Shown piece after piece: positions 46,822 through 55,518 of a stretch of DNA of 64,000 nt (its first letter is position 1; every line of letters begins with the position of its first letter). Below the pieces are notes generated by a model. The model ran no database searches, had not been told where the DNA came from, and worked only from the letters and a program-made list of their open reading frames with translations. Both the position numbers and the translations under genes were made by a program. The stretch is from NCBI GenBank assembly GCA_965200315.1, contig OZ241362.1:5216001-5280000 (forward strand), written 5' to 3'. The stretch comes from Candidatus Latescibacterota bacterium (GTDB lineage: Bacteria > Latescibacterota > UBA2968 > UBA8231).

Positions 46822-48627
46822 TTGAGCATCGTCGTCCTCGACTTCGGAGGGCAGTACGCCCACCTGATCGCCAATCGCCTGCGCCGCCTCCGCGTCCATG
46901 CTGAGATCCGCTCGCCAGAGACAGAAGTCGCCGATTTGCAAGACGCCGACGGGCTGATTCTGTCGGGCGGACCGGCCAGTGTCTACGACCCGCAAGCCCC
47001 GGCGTACAATCCCGATATTTTGGCGATGGACAAGCCGATGCTGGGCTTGTGCTACGGCCACCAACTGCTCTGCCACCGCTTGGGCGGCCAAGTTGAGCGG
47101 GGGGCGATCCACGAGTTTGGCGCGGCCTATCTGCACGTCCACAAGGCCGAGGGCGTACTGGCCGGGTTAGACGCACGCGAGCGGGTGTGGATGAGCCATC
47201 GCGACCACGTCGCAGCCCTGCCGCCCGGGTTTGCCGTCTTGGGCGCGACCGAGGCTTGCCCGGTGGCGGCCATGGGCAATGCCGAGCGCAAGATATACGG
47301 CTTGCAGTTCCATCCAGAAGTAACCCACACTGTCCGGGGCATGGACATCCTCGACAACTTTGCCGCGCTGTGTGGCGCAGCGCAAAACTGGACGATGGAG
47401 CGCTACGCCGAGCAGGCCATAGCGCGGATTCAAAAGCAGGCGAAGGGGCGCAACGTCTTTTTGTTCGTCAGCGGCGGGGTTGATTCGTCGGTGGCGTTTC
47501 TCCTGCTCAACCGCGCCTTGGGTGCCGAGCGGGTGCTGGGCTTGCACATTGACAACGGCTTTATGCGCGAGGGCGAGACCGCGCTGGTCGAGCAGCTGAT
47601 GAAGGGGGCCGGCCTGCACAATCTGGAGGTTGTCGATGCCAGCGCGGAATTCCTCGCCGCCACCGAAGGAATTGCCGACCCGGAAGAAAAGCGGCGGCGG
47701 ATCGGCGAGGAGTTCATCCGCGTCCGCGACCGGGCGCTGGCGGCGCTGGCGCTGGACCCGGACGAGTGGTTGTTGGGCCAAGGGACGCTCTACACGGATA
47801 CCATCGAGTCCGGCGGCACGGAAAACTCAGCGGTCATCAAGACTCATCACAACCGCGTCGGCGTCATCGATCAGCTCTTGGCCGCGGGCAAGGTAGTCGA
47901 GCCGCTGGACCAGCTCTACAAGGATGAGGCGCGCACCTTGGGAGAGACGCTCGGCTTGCCGCACCATTTGGTTTGGCGGCATCCGTTCCCAGGGCCGGGG
48001 CTGGCGGTCCGGGTCTTGTGCAGCGAGGGGCGAGACGCAGAGAATGCCGGTGGCGACTTAGCTCGCGAAACAATCGCCGAGGCTCAGCAGGTGGCGGAGA
48101 CATTTGGTCTGGTGCTTGATGTGTTGCCGTTGCGCAGCGTCGGCGTGCAGGGCGATGGGCGCACCTACGCGCATCCAGCGGTGGTCACTGGTCAGCGCGA
48201 ATGGAAAACGCTGGAGGCCCTGTCCACTGAGCTGACTAATCACTTCCCGTCGATCAATCGGGTGATCTACTTGCTGGGGCCGACGCCGCGGCCGCAGCAA
48301 AACATCAAAGCGGGATATTTGACCCGCGACCGGCTCGATCTCCTGCGTCGGGCCGATGCCATCAGCATGGAGGCGCTGGAACGCCACGAGCTGATGGAGG
48401 AAGTAACCCAGATGCCGACAGTGCTCCTGCCGCTGTCGTCGGATGGAGTGCAAGAGAGCGTGGTGCTGCGGCCGATAGCGACTTCCGACTTTATGACCGC
48501 GCGCTTTTGCCCATTGCCACAAGCGTTTTTGGACGACGTGTGCCAGCGGCTGTTGGCGCTAGCGGGGATTGAAGCGGTCTTCTACGACATTACCCACAAG
48601 CCGCCGGGCACTGTGGAGTGGGAGTGA
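46822..48627 (+). CDS. guaA: GMP synthase (glutamine-hydrolysing)
   Basis: LDFGGQY, GLCYGHQ, QFHPEV, SGGVDS, IKTHHN, RHPFPGPGL, KPPGTVEWE. Confidence 0.97.
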   Translation: MSIVVLDFGGQYAHLIANRLRRLRVHAEIRSPETEVADLQDADGLILSGGPASVYDPQAPAYNPDILAMDKPMLGLCYGHQLLCHRLGGQVERGAIHEFGAAYLHVHKAEGVLAGLDARERVWMSHRDHVAALPPGFAVLGATEACPVAAMGNAERKIYGLQFHPEVTHTVRGMDILDNFAALCGAAQNWTMERYAEQAIARIQKQAKGRNVFLFVSGGVDSSVAFLLLNRALGAERVLGLHIDNGFMREGETALVEQLMKGAGLHNLEVVDASAEFLAATEGIADPEEKRRRIGEEFIRVRDRALAALALDPDEWLLGQGTLYTDTIESGGTENSAVIKTHHNRVGVIDQLLAAGKVVEPLDQLYKDEARTLGETLGLPHHLVWRHPFPGPGLAVRVLCSEGRDAENAGGDLARETIAEAQQVAETFGLVLDVLPLRSVGVQGDGRTYAHPAVVTGQREWKTLEALSTELTNHFPSINRVIYLLGPTPRPQQNIKAGYLTRDRLDLLRRADAISMEALERHELMEEVTQMPTVLLPLSSDGVQESVVLRPIATSDFMTARFCPLPQAFLDDVCQRLLALAGIEAVFYDITHKPPGTVEWE

Positions 48628-48633
48628 GCAAGC

Positions 48634-49337
48634 GTGTTCGACACCAGCATTCTCGACGAAGCCATAAGGGCGCGCCGCCAGAAGCTAGCGGCCGAGCAAG
48701 CCGAGTTGCTCGCCGGTGTTCGTCGCACCCTATTGGAACTGCGGAAGCCTCTCGGAATTGAGGCGGCGTACATTGTGGGCTCGCTGCGGTCGCCAGATTC
48801 TTGGCGCGAGTCGTCCGGCAAAGAGGTGGACGTAATCGACCTCGACCAGCATCCTTCCCCCAATCCTTTGCGCAGTCTGGAGTCGAGGTCTATGGACTCG
48901 AAGCGGAACTACGAGCGCGTTTACGAGACATCAGTCGCATCAACGGTCGCATTGAGGAACGCCTAGGCGCGTTTACCCGTAGTGCCGAAGGGGTGGACAG
49001 CATGGGATACCAGCTCCACAATCTCTATGGCGCGTTTGAGCAGTTGTTCGAGGAAGTTGCGCGATTCTTTGAGAGTCGAATCGAAGGGATTCAGCATCGC
49101 GCAGAACTGATCCGGCGAATGCAGCTAGAAATCGCGGGCATCCGCCCGGCACTTCTGGCCGCAGAGACTGCTTCCGACCTAGATGAATTGCGGCGATTCC
49201 GCCATCTGTTTCGCCACGCATACGCCGCGGATTTAGAGCCCGACAAGGTGGCGGATTTAGCGGCCAAAGCCGGGCGCGTTCAGCGCACTTTTACGCAGGA
49301 CTTTGAGCGATCCTTAGCGCATTTGCGGTCTGAGTAG
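48634..49337 (+). pseudogene. Decayed MNT (MntA-like) / HEPN (HepT-like) toxin-antitoxin module
   Basis: MNT part has IVGSL and VDVIDL but lacks the DxD segment. HEPN part has LHNLYGAFE and RRFRHLFRHAY (Rx4H). Frames are scrambled at the junction. Confidence 0.75.
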
Positions 49338-49338
49338 C

Positions 49339-50586
49339 TCAGCAGACGAGTGTGTACTGCTTCTTACCTCGGCGCACGATCAAGTACTTGCCGTGTAGGC
49401 CCTCTTGGCACCGCATGCTCCGCGCCAGGTCCGTGCAGCGGGTGCCGTTGATGTATATGGAGCCGTTTTGCACATCTTGGCGGGCTTGGCGCTTGGAGGG
49501 CGAGACGCCGGCCGCGACGAGCAGATCGACTAGCCCTAATTCCCCCGGACCCATCGCGTGCGTTGGCACGTCGTCAAAGCCTTCGAGGATTTCCTCCTCG
49601 GATAGTTCCTGAAATTTCCCGTAAAAGAGCGCGTCCGAGATGCGTTCGGCCCGGCGAGCAGCGTCGGCTCCGTGTACGATAGTCGTTGTTTCAGTGGCGA
49701 GGGTGCGCTGGGCCTCGCGCTGGGCAGGCTGATCGCGGACGGCCTCGGCGAGCTGGAGAATCGCGTCTTGCTCCAAGAAGGTGTACGTCTTCAGGTAGTC
49801 GATGACCTGCTGATCCTCGGCGTTGATCCAGAATTGGTAAAACTGGTAGGGCGAGGTTTTAGCGGAGTCGAGCCAGACGGTGCCCGCCTCGGTTTTGCCG
49901 AATTTGGTGCCGTCTGCTTTGGTTACGAGCGGGCAAGTCAGGCCAAAGGCTCGGTTGCCGGCCGCGCGGCGGATCAGATCGGTGCCAGCGGTGATATTGC
50001 CCCACTGGTCAGAGCCGCCGGTCTGCAACTCGCAGCCGTATTTTTCGTTGAGGGCCAAGAAGTCGTACGCCTGTAGTGCCATGTAGCTGAACTCGGTATA
50101 GGAAATGCCCGTTTCTAGGCGCGAGGCGACCGAGTCCTTGGCCAGCATGTAGGGGACTGGAAAGTGCTTGCCGACGTGGCGCATAAAGTCGATGGCCGAG
50201 AATTGGCCGAGCCAGTCGTGGTTATCGACCATGATCGCGGGGTTGGGGCCATCGAATGCGAGGAAACGCTCTAGCTGGGCTTTGACCTTCTGAGTCCACT
50301 CGGCCACGACGTCGCTGGCATTGAGCTGGCGTTCCTTGGTTTTGCCGCCTGGATCGCCAATCAGGCCGGTGCCGCCGCCAGCGAGGGCGATGACCTTGTG
50401 ACCGGCGAGCTGGAAGCGGCGCAGGAGCAGGATCGGCACGAGGTTGCCCACAGTCAGGCTGTCGGCGGTCGGATCGAAGCCATTGTAGAGCACGATCGGC
50501 CCGGTAGCGAGGCGTTCGGCGAGGCCGTTGAGGTCGGTGACTTGGTGGATCAAGCCGCGAAATTCAAGATCGGGTATGATGTTCAT
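49339..50586 (-). CDS. tyrS: Tyrosine--tRNA ligase
   Basis: YNGFDPTADSL, QAYDF, GGSDQWGNI, KFGKT, C-terminal S4 domain ending RRGKK. Confidence 0.98.
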   Translation of the reverse strand: MNIIPDLEFRGLIHQVTDLNGLAERLATGPIVLYNGFDPTADSLTVGNLVPILLLRRFQLAGHKVIALAGGGTGLIGDPGGKTKERQLNASDVVAEWTQKVKAQLERFLAFDGPNPAIMVDNHDWLGQFSAIDFMRHVGKHFPVPYMLAKDSVASRLETGISYTEFSYMALQAYDFLALNEKYGCELQTGGSDQWGNITAGTDLIRRAAGNRAFGLTCPLVTKADGTKFGKTEAGTVWLDSAKTSPYQFYQFWINAEDQQVIDYLKTYTFLEQDAILQLAEAVRDQPAQREAQRTLATETTTIVHGADAARRAERISDALFYGKFQELSEEEILEGFDDVPTHAMGPGELGLVDLLVAAGVSPSKRQARQDVQNGSIYINGTRCTDLARSMRCQEGLHGKYLIVRRGKKQYTLVC

Positions 50587-50605
50587 TGCGTTTCCTTATG
50601 GGCAT

Positions 50606-50632
50606 AAAAAAAGCCCCTGTAATCAGGGGCTT
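50606..50632 (-). terminator. Intrinsic terminator in the tyrS 5' leader (attenuator)
   Basis: Minus strand AAGCCCCTG-ATTA-CAGGGGCTT followed by TTTTT, ending 20 nt before the tyrS ATG. Confidence 0.85.
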
Positions 50633-50664
50633 GTAAATGCGGTTGAGACGATAAAGCGGATGTA

Positions 50665-50724
50665 CTACCCTTGTCTATGAAGCGGGGTATAATAATAGTG
50701 GCGATCAGCGAGATTCTGCATCAT
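50665..50724 (-). CDS. Putative tyrS leader peptide MMQNLADRHYYYTPLHRQG
   Basis: GGAGA RBS (50733-50729), ATGATG, three tandem TAT codons (50697-50689), TAG stop; lies between the promoter and the terminator. Confidence 0.8.
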   Translation of the reverse strand: MMQNLADRHYYYTPLHRQG

Positions 50725-50740
50725 CCATTCTCCGCGCAAA

Positions 50741-50769
50741 AATATAACCGCGATCCCTATCCCCGTCAA
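50741..50769 (-). promoter_or_regulatory. sigma70 promoter of the tyrS leader
   Basis: TTGACG (50769-50764), 17-nt spacer, TATATT (50746-50741). Confidence 0.7.
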
Positions 50770-50783
50770 TTAAGAGGCTAACA

Positions 50784-51875
50784 ATGACTAATGAACAATA
50801 CCGAGTGGCCGTCGTCGGCGCGGCCGGCACGTGGGGGGGCTATTACACGCACGCCTACGCCGCCCATCCCAACTGTGAGATTGTCGGCCTCGTCGATCGC
50901 GCCAGAGAGCGGCGGGACGCCATGGCCCGGCGCTACGGAGTGGAGAAGGTGTACGACGATCTCGACAGCCTCTTGGCGGCCGAAGTGCCCGACATCGTCT
51001 CCGCTGTGGTTCCGGTGGGCCAGAACTACCCCTGTGTTACGGCCTGCGCTCGCGCTGGGGTGCGGGTCGTCTCCTGTGAGAAGCCGATTTCTCACCAGCT
51101 CCACGAGGCCGATGAAATGATCCGCATCTGCCGGGAGCACGGTGCGTTATTCGGCTGCGCTCAGGCCGGATGGGCGACTCCGTATATGCCCGAGGTGGTC
51201 GAGTGGGTGCGGCAGGGGCATATTGGCCGGTTGACCGCGGCGGCGATCCCGGGCGGGTTGCCGACCGAGGTGTCGGGCGGCGGTTGCGTGCAGATCGCGG
51301 CCTTGCGCATCCTCACTGGTATGGACGTGGAATGGGTGGAAGGGTACACCTTGCCGGCGGTGTCGGGGTACGTGGCGGAAGGCGCACCCGTAGAGGAGGG
51401 GGATGTGCCTGCGTATGGCCGCTTGGGCCTGAGCGGTGGCATCGTCTGCGAGGTCGTCGCCCCTGAGCCGGATGGTCGTGTGCCGACCTTTATCTCGGTT
51501 GTCGGCGAATGCGGGCAGGTCTTTTTAACGCGCCAGCAGCCCGTGTTGATCGAGGGGACCGGCGCGGCGGCTTCTCCAGTATATCCCGACTTTTTGGATC
51601 AGCCAGCGGCCGACTCTTTTACCTATACGATTGAGCGCCTAATGAACGCCCATCGGGACGGCACTGAGCCGTATAGCAGCGGCGACGACTACCGCCACGC
51701 GCTCGAAGTGGCCATCGCCTTGGTGCGCTCGGCTCATCGAGGACACGAGCGGGTGTCCCTGCCGTTTGCGGACCGCACGCTCAAGCTGTATCCGCATCCC
51801 TATCGCCTCAGAGGCGGCGATGTCGCCGGGTGGCAGAGCATTGGCTACGATGGACCGCCGGCGATGGATTTTTGA
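50784..51875 (+). CDS. Gfo/Idh/MocA family oxidoreductase
   Basis: VAVVGAAGTWG, CEKP. Confidence 0.85.
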   Translation: MTNEQYRVAVVGAAGTWGGYYTHAYAAHPNCEIVGLVDRARERRDAMARRYGVEKVYDDLDSLLAAEVPDIVSAVVPVGQNYPCVTACARAGVRVVSCEKPISHQLHEADEMIRICREHGALFGCAQAGWATPYMPEVVEWVRQGHIGRLTAAAIPGGLPTEVSGGGCVQIAALRILTGMDVEWVEGYTLPAVSGYVAEGAPVEEGDVPAYGRLGLSGGIVCEVVAPEPDGRVPTFISVVGECGQVFLTRQQPVLIEGTGAAASPVYPDFLDQPAADSFTYTIERLMNAHRDGTEPYSSGDDYRHALEVAIALVRSAHRGHERVSLPFADRTLKLYPHPYRLRGGDVAGWQSIGYDGPPAMDF

Positions 51876-51877
51876 GA

Positions 51878-52038
51878 ATGTGGGGTCGAACATAGCGCTG
51901 GCTGTCATGCCGCGGTCGCACTGGAGCAGGGGTACTCAAGTGAAGGTCCAGTTGCCAAAGGACGGCATGGTGGATGCTGAGGTGGTGCGGGTGCCGTTCT
52001 TCGATCCAACCAAGGAGCGTCCCAAGAGCGCTTTGTGA
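51878..52038 (+). pseudogene. C-terminal remnant of a GcvT/aminomethyltransferase-family protein
   Basis: NVGSNIALAVM...GTQVKV...AEVVRVPFFDPTKERPK, with no N-terminal domains. Confidence 0.65.
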
Positions 52039-52042
52039 AGAA

Positions 52043-53293
52043 TCAATCGCCGCGATAACCCTGTGCTGCCCAGATTTTGCTCGCCAGCTTTTCCGCTGCG
52101 GCGTCTGGTTCGATTGTACCCAAGATACTGCTCGGCGGCTGTCCTTTCTTTTTGCGCTCGGGGTCGGGCGACCAGTCGTCTTTGGCGTATTTTCTGCGCA
52201 CGGACTCGCGGCGGAAATCGGGTACTTCCATTGGTGCCGAATCGTTCAGCACCGAACGCCACGCTTGGATTCCGGCGATGCTCATGTCGATGCCGCGGTA
52301 CACGTCGAGATAGGGCGGCTCGCTGGTGCGGATGGCCGCGGCAAATTGGTAGCTGGTGAAGAAGTCGCCGCCACCGTGGCCGGTGCGCGTGGCTTGGGCA
52401 TGATGTGCGGGGAAGTTGGGACTGTACACGGTTTCGACTGGATCGCTCTGGCGCTTTTCCCACGGTTCGTACCACACGCGCAGCCGCTGTTTGTCGCCGT
52501 GGCGGCAGTTTTCCATCACGCCCTTGTTGCCGTGGATGCGGACGTAGTTGCCGTGCCCGCGCAGAGCGCCGTGTAGCGATTTCATCACCGCGTCGTTATC
52601 CATCCGACAGATGATTACTGCGGCAGTGTCACTGCGGTTCATGTGCAGCGTTTGGGTGGGGTCCGCAAAGTCAAAGGGGATGACAAAGCCGTTCACTTTT
52701 ACGGGCCGGGTGTCGGTGATGTACATGACTGGGGCGATGGAATGGGTGCAGTAGTAGGTGGCCGGGATCCAGTTGCGCCAGTGGTCGCGCCCGCAGCTAC
52801 GCGCCAGTTTCACTTCGGGTGGGTCGGGGTGGACGTATTCGCCCTCGCCGTATTTGAACTCGCCGACGCGGCCTTGTTGGTAGAGCCGCTTCATCTCTTG
52901 GTTGAAGACCATATAGGGGTAGTTCTCGGCGAACATGTAGGTCTTGCCGCTTTTCTCGACCGCTCGCGCCAGCGCCACGCCTTCGCCCAAGGTGTGGCAG
53001 GCTGCGGTTTCGCTCATTACGTGTTTGCCGGCGTTGAGCGCTTTGATGGCAAAGGGCGTGTGCTGGTGGAAGTAGTTGGCTAGCACGACCGCGTCCATGT
53101 CGCAGCCGAGGAATTCGCGGTAATCGACAAATGTCGGCACGTTGAGCGCCTTGCCTTCTGCAAGGAGGCGCTCTTCCCATATATCGCAAATGGCGACCAG
53201 TTCCATGCCGGTCGCCGCAGCCGCCTGCATGAAGGAGCGGCCGCGACCGACGCCGACTACGCCGACGCGGATGGGACGTTGTTTTTTGGTCAT
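52043..53293 (-). CDS. Gfo/Idh/MocA family oxidoreductase
   Basis: VGVVGVGRG, GKHVMSE, YMFAENY, GEGEYVH, YCTHS, GHGGGDF. Confidence 0.9.
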   Translation of the reverse strand: MTKKQRPIRVGVVGVGRGRSFMQAAAATGMELVAICDIWEERLLAEGKALNVPTFVDYREFLGCDMDAVVLANYFHQHTPFAIKALNAGKHVMSETAACHTLGEGVALARAVEKSGKTYMFAENYPYMVFNQEMKRLYQQGRVGEFKYGEGEYVHPDPPEVKLARSCGRDHWRNWIPATYYCTHSIAPVMYITDTRPVKVNGFVIPFDFADPTQTLHMNRSDTAAVIICRMDNDAVMKSLHGALRGHGNYVRIHGNKGVMENCRHGDKQRLRVWYEPWEKRQSDPVETVYSPNFPAHHAQATRTGHGGGDFFTSYQFAAAIRTSEPPYLDVYRGIDMSIAGIQAWRSVLNDSAPMEVPDFRRESVRRKYAKDDWSPDPERKKKGQPPSSILGTIEPDAAAEKLASKIWAAQGYRGD

Positions 53294-53391
53294 GATTCGA
53301 TCCTGTGTATTGGTGTATGGGAAGATTCGCTAGCCGTGCGGAGGGGACCTATTATACCTATGTACACCGGTAAACGCCAGAGACTCAGAGT

Positions 53392-53981
53392 GTGATGAAC
53401 CCACGCCCGAATATAGTGCTGATTATGTGTGACCAGATGCGATGGGACGCGGGCGGATTCGCGGGTAGTCCTATGGTTCAGACGCCACACCTCGATGAGT
53501 TGGCGGCGCATGGCGTTTGCTTTGAGAACGCGTACTGCGCTTCGCCGGTGTGTTCGCCTGCACGCGCGAGTTGGTTGACGGGCCTTTATCCGCTATGCCC
53601 ACCTGCAACTGCGCAATTACGGCCCCGGCAGAAAGGGAGAGTTCGGTTCCTATCTGCCGGATAACTGCATTACAATCGGGGATGTGCTGAAAGCGGTCGG
53701 GTATCGCTGTGGCATCGTTGGACCGTGGCATTTGGGCGATGACCACCTGCCGCAACACGGGTTCACCGACTTCTGGTGTACCTACCGTTATTTGGGCGAA
53801 TATCCAGACCCGCTGTTTGATTATTTTAAACGAGAAGGGGTTCCCGGGTGAAATGAAAAACGTGGCTGGCCGTCCCGATTGTCAGGACCGGCTTGCTTCA
53901 ATGCGCGGGCAAATCGCCGAGATGATTTGCCATACTGGGCCTGGGCCGGACGAGTGGTGCTTGGAAGAGGTTTGCCAATGA
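53392..53981 (+). pseudogene. Sulfatase pseudogene (frameshifted, internally deleted)
   Basis: RPNIVLIMCDQMR, CSPARASWLTG, then frameshifted GYRCGIVG.WHLG and a C-terminal PGEMKNVA piece; only about 590 bp remain. Confidence 0.8.
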
Positions 53982-53987
53982 TGGCAC

Positions 53988-55331
53988 CTAAAACGTCCCG
54001 GGTTTGGGCGTTGCCGGAGGCCAGTAGCCGTCGGGGTCTTCGTCCCACGCCGTGCCGCACATCCGCGAGATAACTGCCCATTCGGCCGCGGTCAGGTGGG
54101 CGTGATTGTGGAAGAGGAAGCGCTGTAGCCCGGCCGCTTCCGAGGCTTGAAGGATGCGGTGGAGATCGCCGGCGGTCATGGGGTCGCCGCCGTGGGGCAT
54201 GCGCCCGGTATCGACCCAGGGCAGGATTTTTTGCGGATCGCCGACCGCGGAGATGGCGCGGCGCGTCTCTTCTTGCACCACCTCGTCGAAAAACGCCTGC
54301 GGAAACCCCAGTTCCATATCGGCTAGGCACTCCACTTCGGGCAGGCGGATGCCGAGCCAAGCGCGGAGGACCGTCCAGCACTGCGCCTCGCTCAACACCG
54401 GATTCCACGCCTGAATCTGCTGCACCCAGCGGGCGACTGTGCCGTACATCCCGTCGAAGCCGCGATGCCAGAAGTAGTGCTTGACCAGCAGCAAATCCAC
54501 GATCTGGCCCCAAGCGTGGAAGTCGAGCGCGGTCATGCCGGAAAACACGGCTGAGCGCGGGCCGTTGCTCAAGAGCAATCGGCGCGGCAGCTCATCGAGG
54601 GCTTGGCGGAAGGCGCGGCCTTGGCGAATGCCGTCTTCGCGACGCCAGCGCAGCCAGTAGAGCGCGTCCTCGTTGATGTCGAAGAGGTTCATCGCCGAGA
54701 GTACGCCGTAATCTCCATAGTAGTTCACTTCGGCGGGCGTGAAGCACTGGAAGCGCTGGTGCAAATGGTGGCGTCCCCGATCCAAACGCTCGGCGTCGTA
54801 GCCTCTAGCCGTTGCTTCTCGACGTTGGCCGTCGTTGAGCGGGCGGAAAACCGCGTTGCCGTGGTGATACGTCAGCTCGTAGGGCGACTCGGTCCAGCCA
54901 TCGACAATGCCGCCGTCGGCTTCCGGGAAAGCCGCGAAGATGTCCTCCCAAGACGCAGCGTGTAGCTGAGTGCCGTAGGGGTCTTCTGCCAGCGGCAGGC
55001 CCTCGGCGGCGATGGTGCCGGAGGCAGGCGCGAAGATCATCACGGTCCAGCCGCGCTTTTTGGCGTCGGCCAGCATGGCGTGCAGGAGCTTTTCTTTGTC
55101 GGGTTGCCGGGGCACGTCGCGCAGTTGGGCTTTGAGGCCGCGCTTTTGATAGGGCGCGAGGTCGCCCTTGAACGCGGGTATGGTACACTGGCCTTGCTCA
55201 TCGGTAAACAGCAGGCGGCCAAAGACCAGGCCGCGAATGCCGCCTTGTTCCCAGGCGTCGAAGATGCGCTCGTAGTCGGCCATGACTGCCTCTAAGGGCT
55301 GGCCGATGCGGATCCAAGGGGTCAAAGCCAT
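53988..55331 (-). CDS. Conserved-looking hypothetical protein (possible TIM-barrel)
   Basis: Long ORF with host-like codon usage. Start MALTPW at 55331 after AGGAGA. Confidence 0.75.
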   Translation of the reverse strand: MALTPWIRIGQPLEAVMADYERIFDAWEQGGIRGLVFGRLLFTDEQGQCTIPAFKGDLAPYQKRGLKAQLRDVPRQPDKEKLLHAMLADAKKRGWTVMIFAPASGTIAAEGLPLAEDPYGTQLHAASWEDIFAAFPEADGGIVDGWTESPYELTYHHGNAVFRPLNDGQRREATARGYDAERLDRGRHHLHQRFQCFTPAEVNYYGDYGVLSAMNLFDINEDALYWLRWRREDGIRQGRAFRQALDELPRRLLLSNGPRSAVFSGMTALDFHAWGQIVDLLLVKHYFWHRGFDGMYGTVARWVQQIQAWNPVLSEAQCWTVLRAWLGIRLPEVECLADMELGFPQAFFDEVVQEETRRAISAVGDPQKILPWVDTGRMPHGGDPMTAGDLHRILQASEAAGLQRFLFHNHAHLTAAEWAVISRMCGTAWDEDPDGYWPPATPKPGTF

Positions 55332-55518
55332 GGCGTGTTCTCCTGTCGATGAGTAGGGCAGGCAATATATTGAGTCGATGTAGCGGCGTCCATTCATCTT
55401 GACGCAGATAACCAACATCACTGGCTTCGTTGTCGCGATTGAAAGCAAGTTCACCGAGCAATAGTTATATAGTTATAGTATTGATAGATCAAAGAGAAAC
55501 GGACAAAGGAGGTGTCCA

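Noticed and set aside
50590-50770. T-box riboswitch upstream of tyrS
   Set aside because: No T-box consensus (AAnnnGGGTGGnACC/UGGN bulge) and the leader is too short for stem I; the Tyr-codon uORF explains the terminator better.
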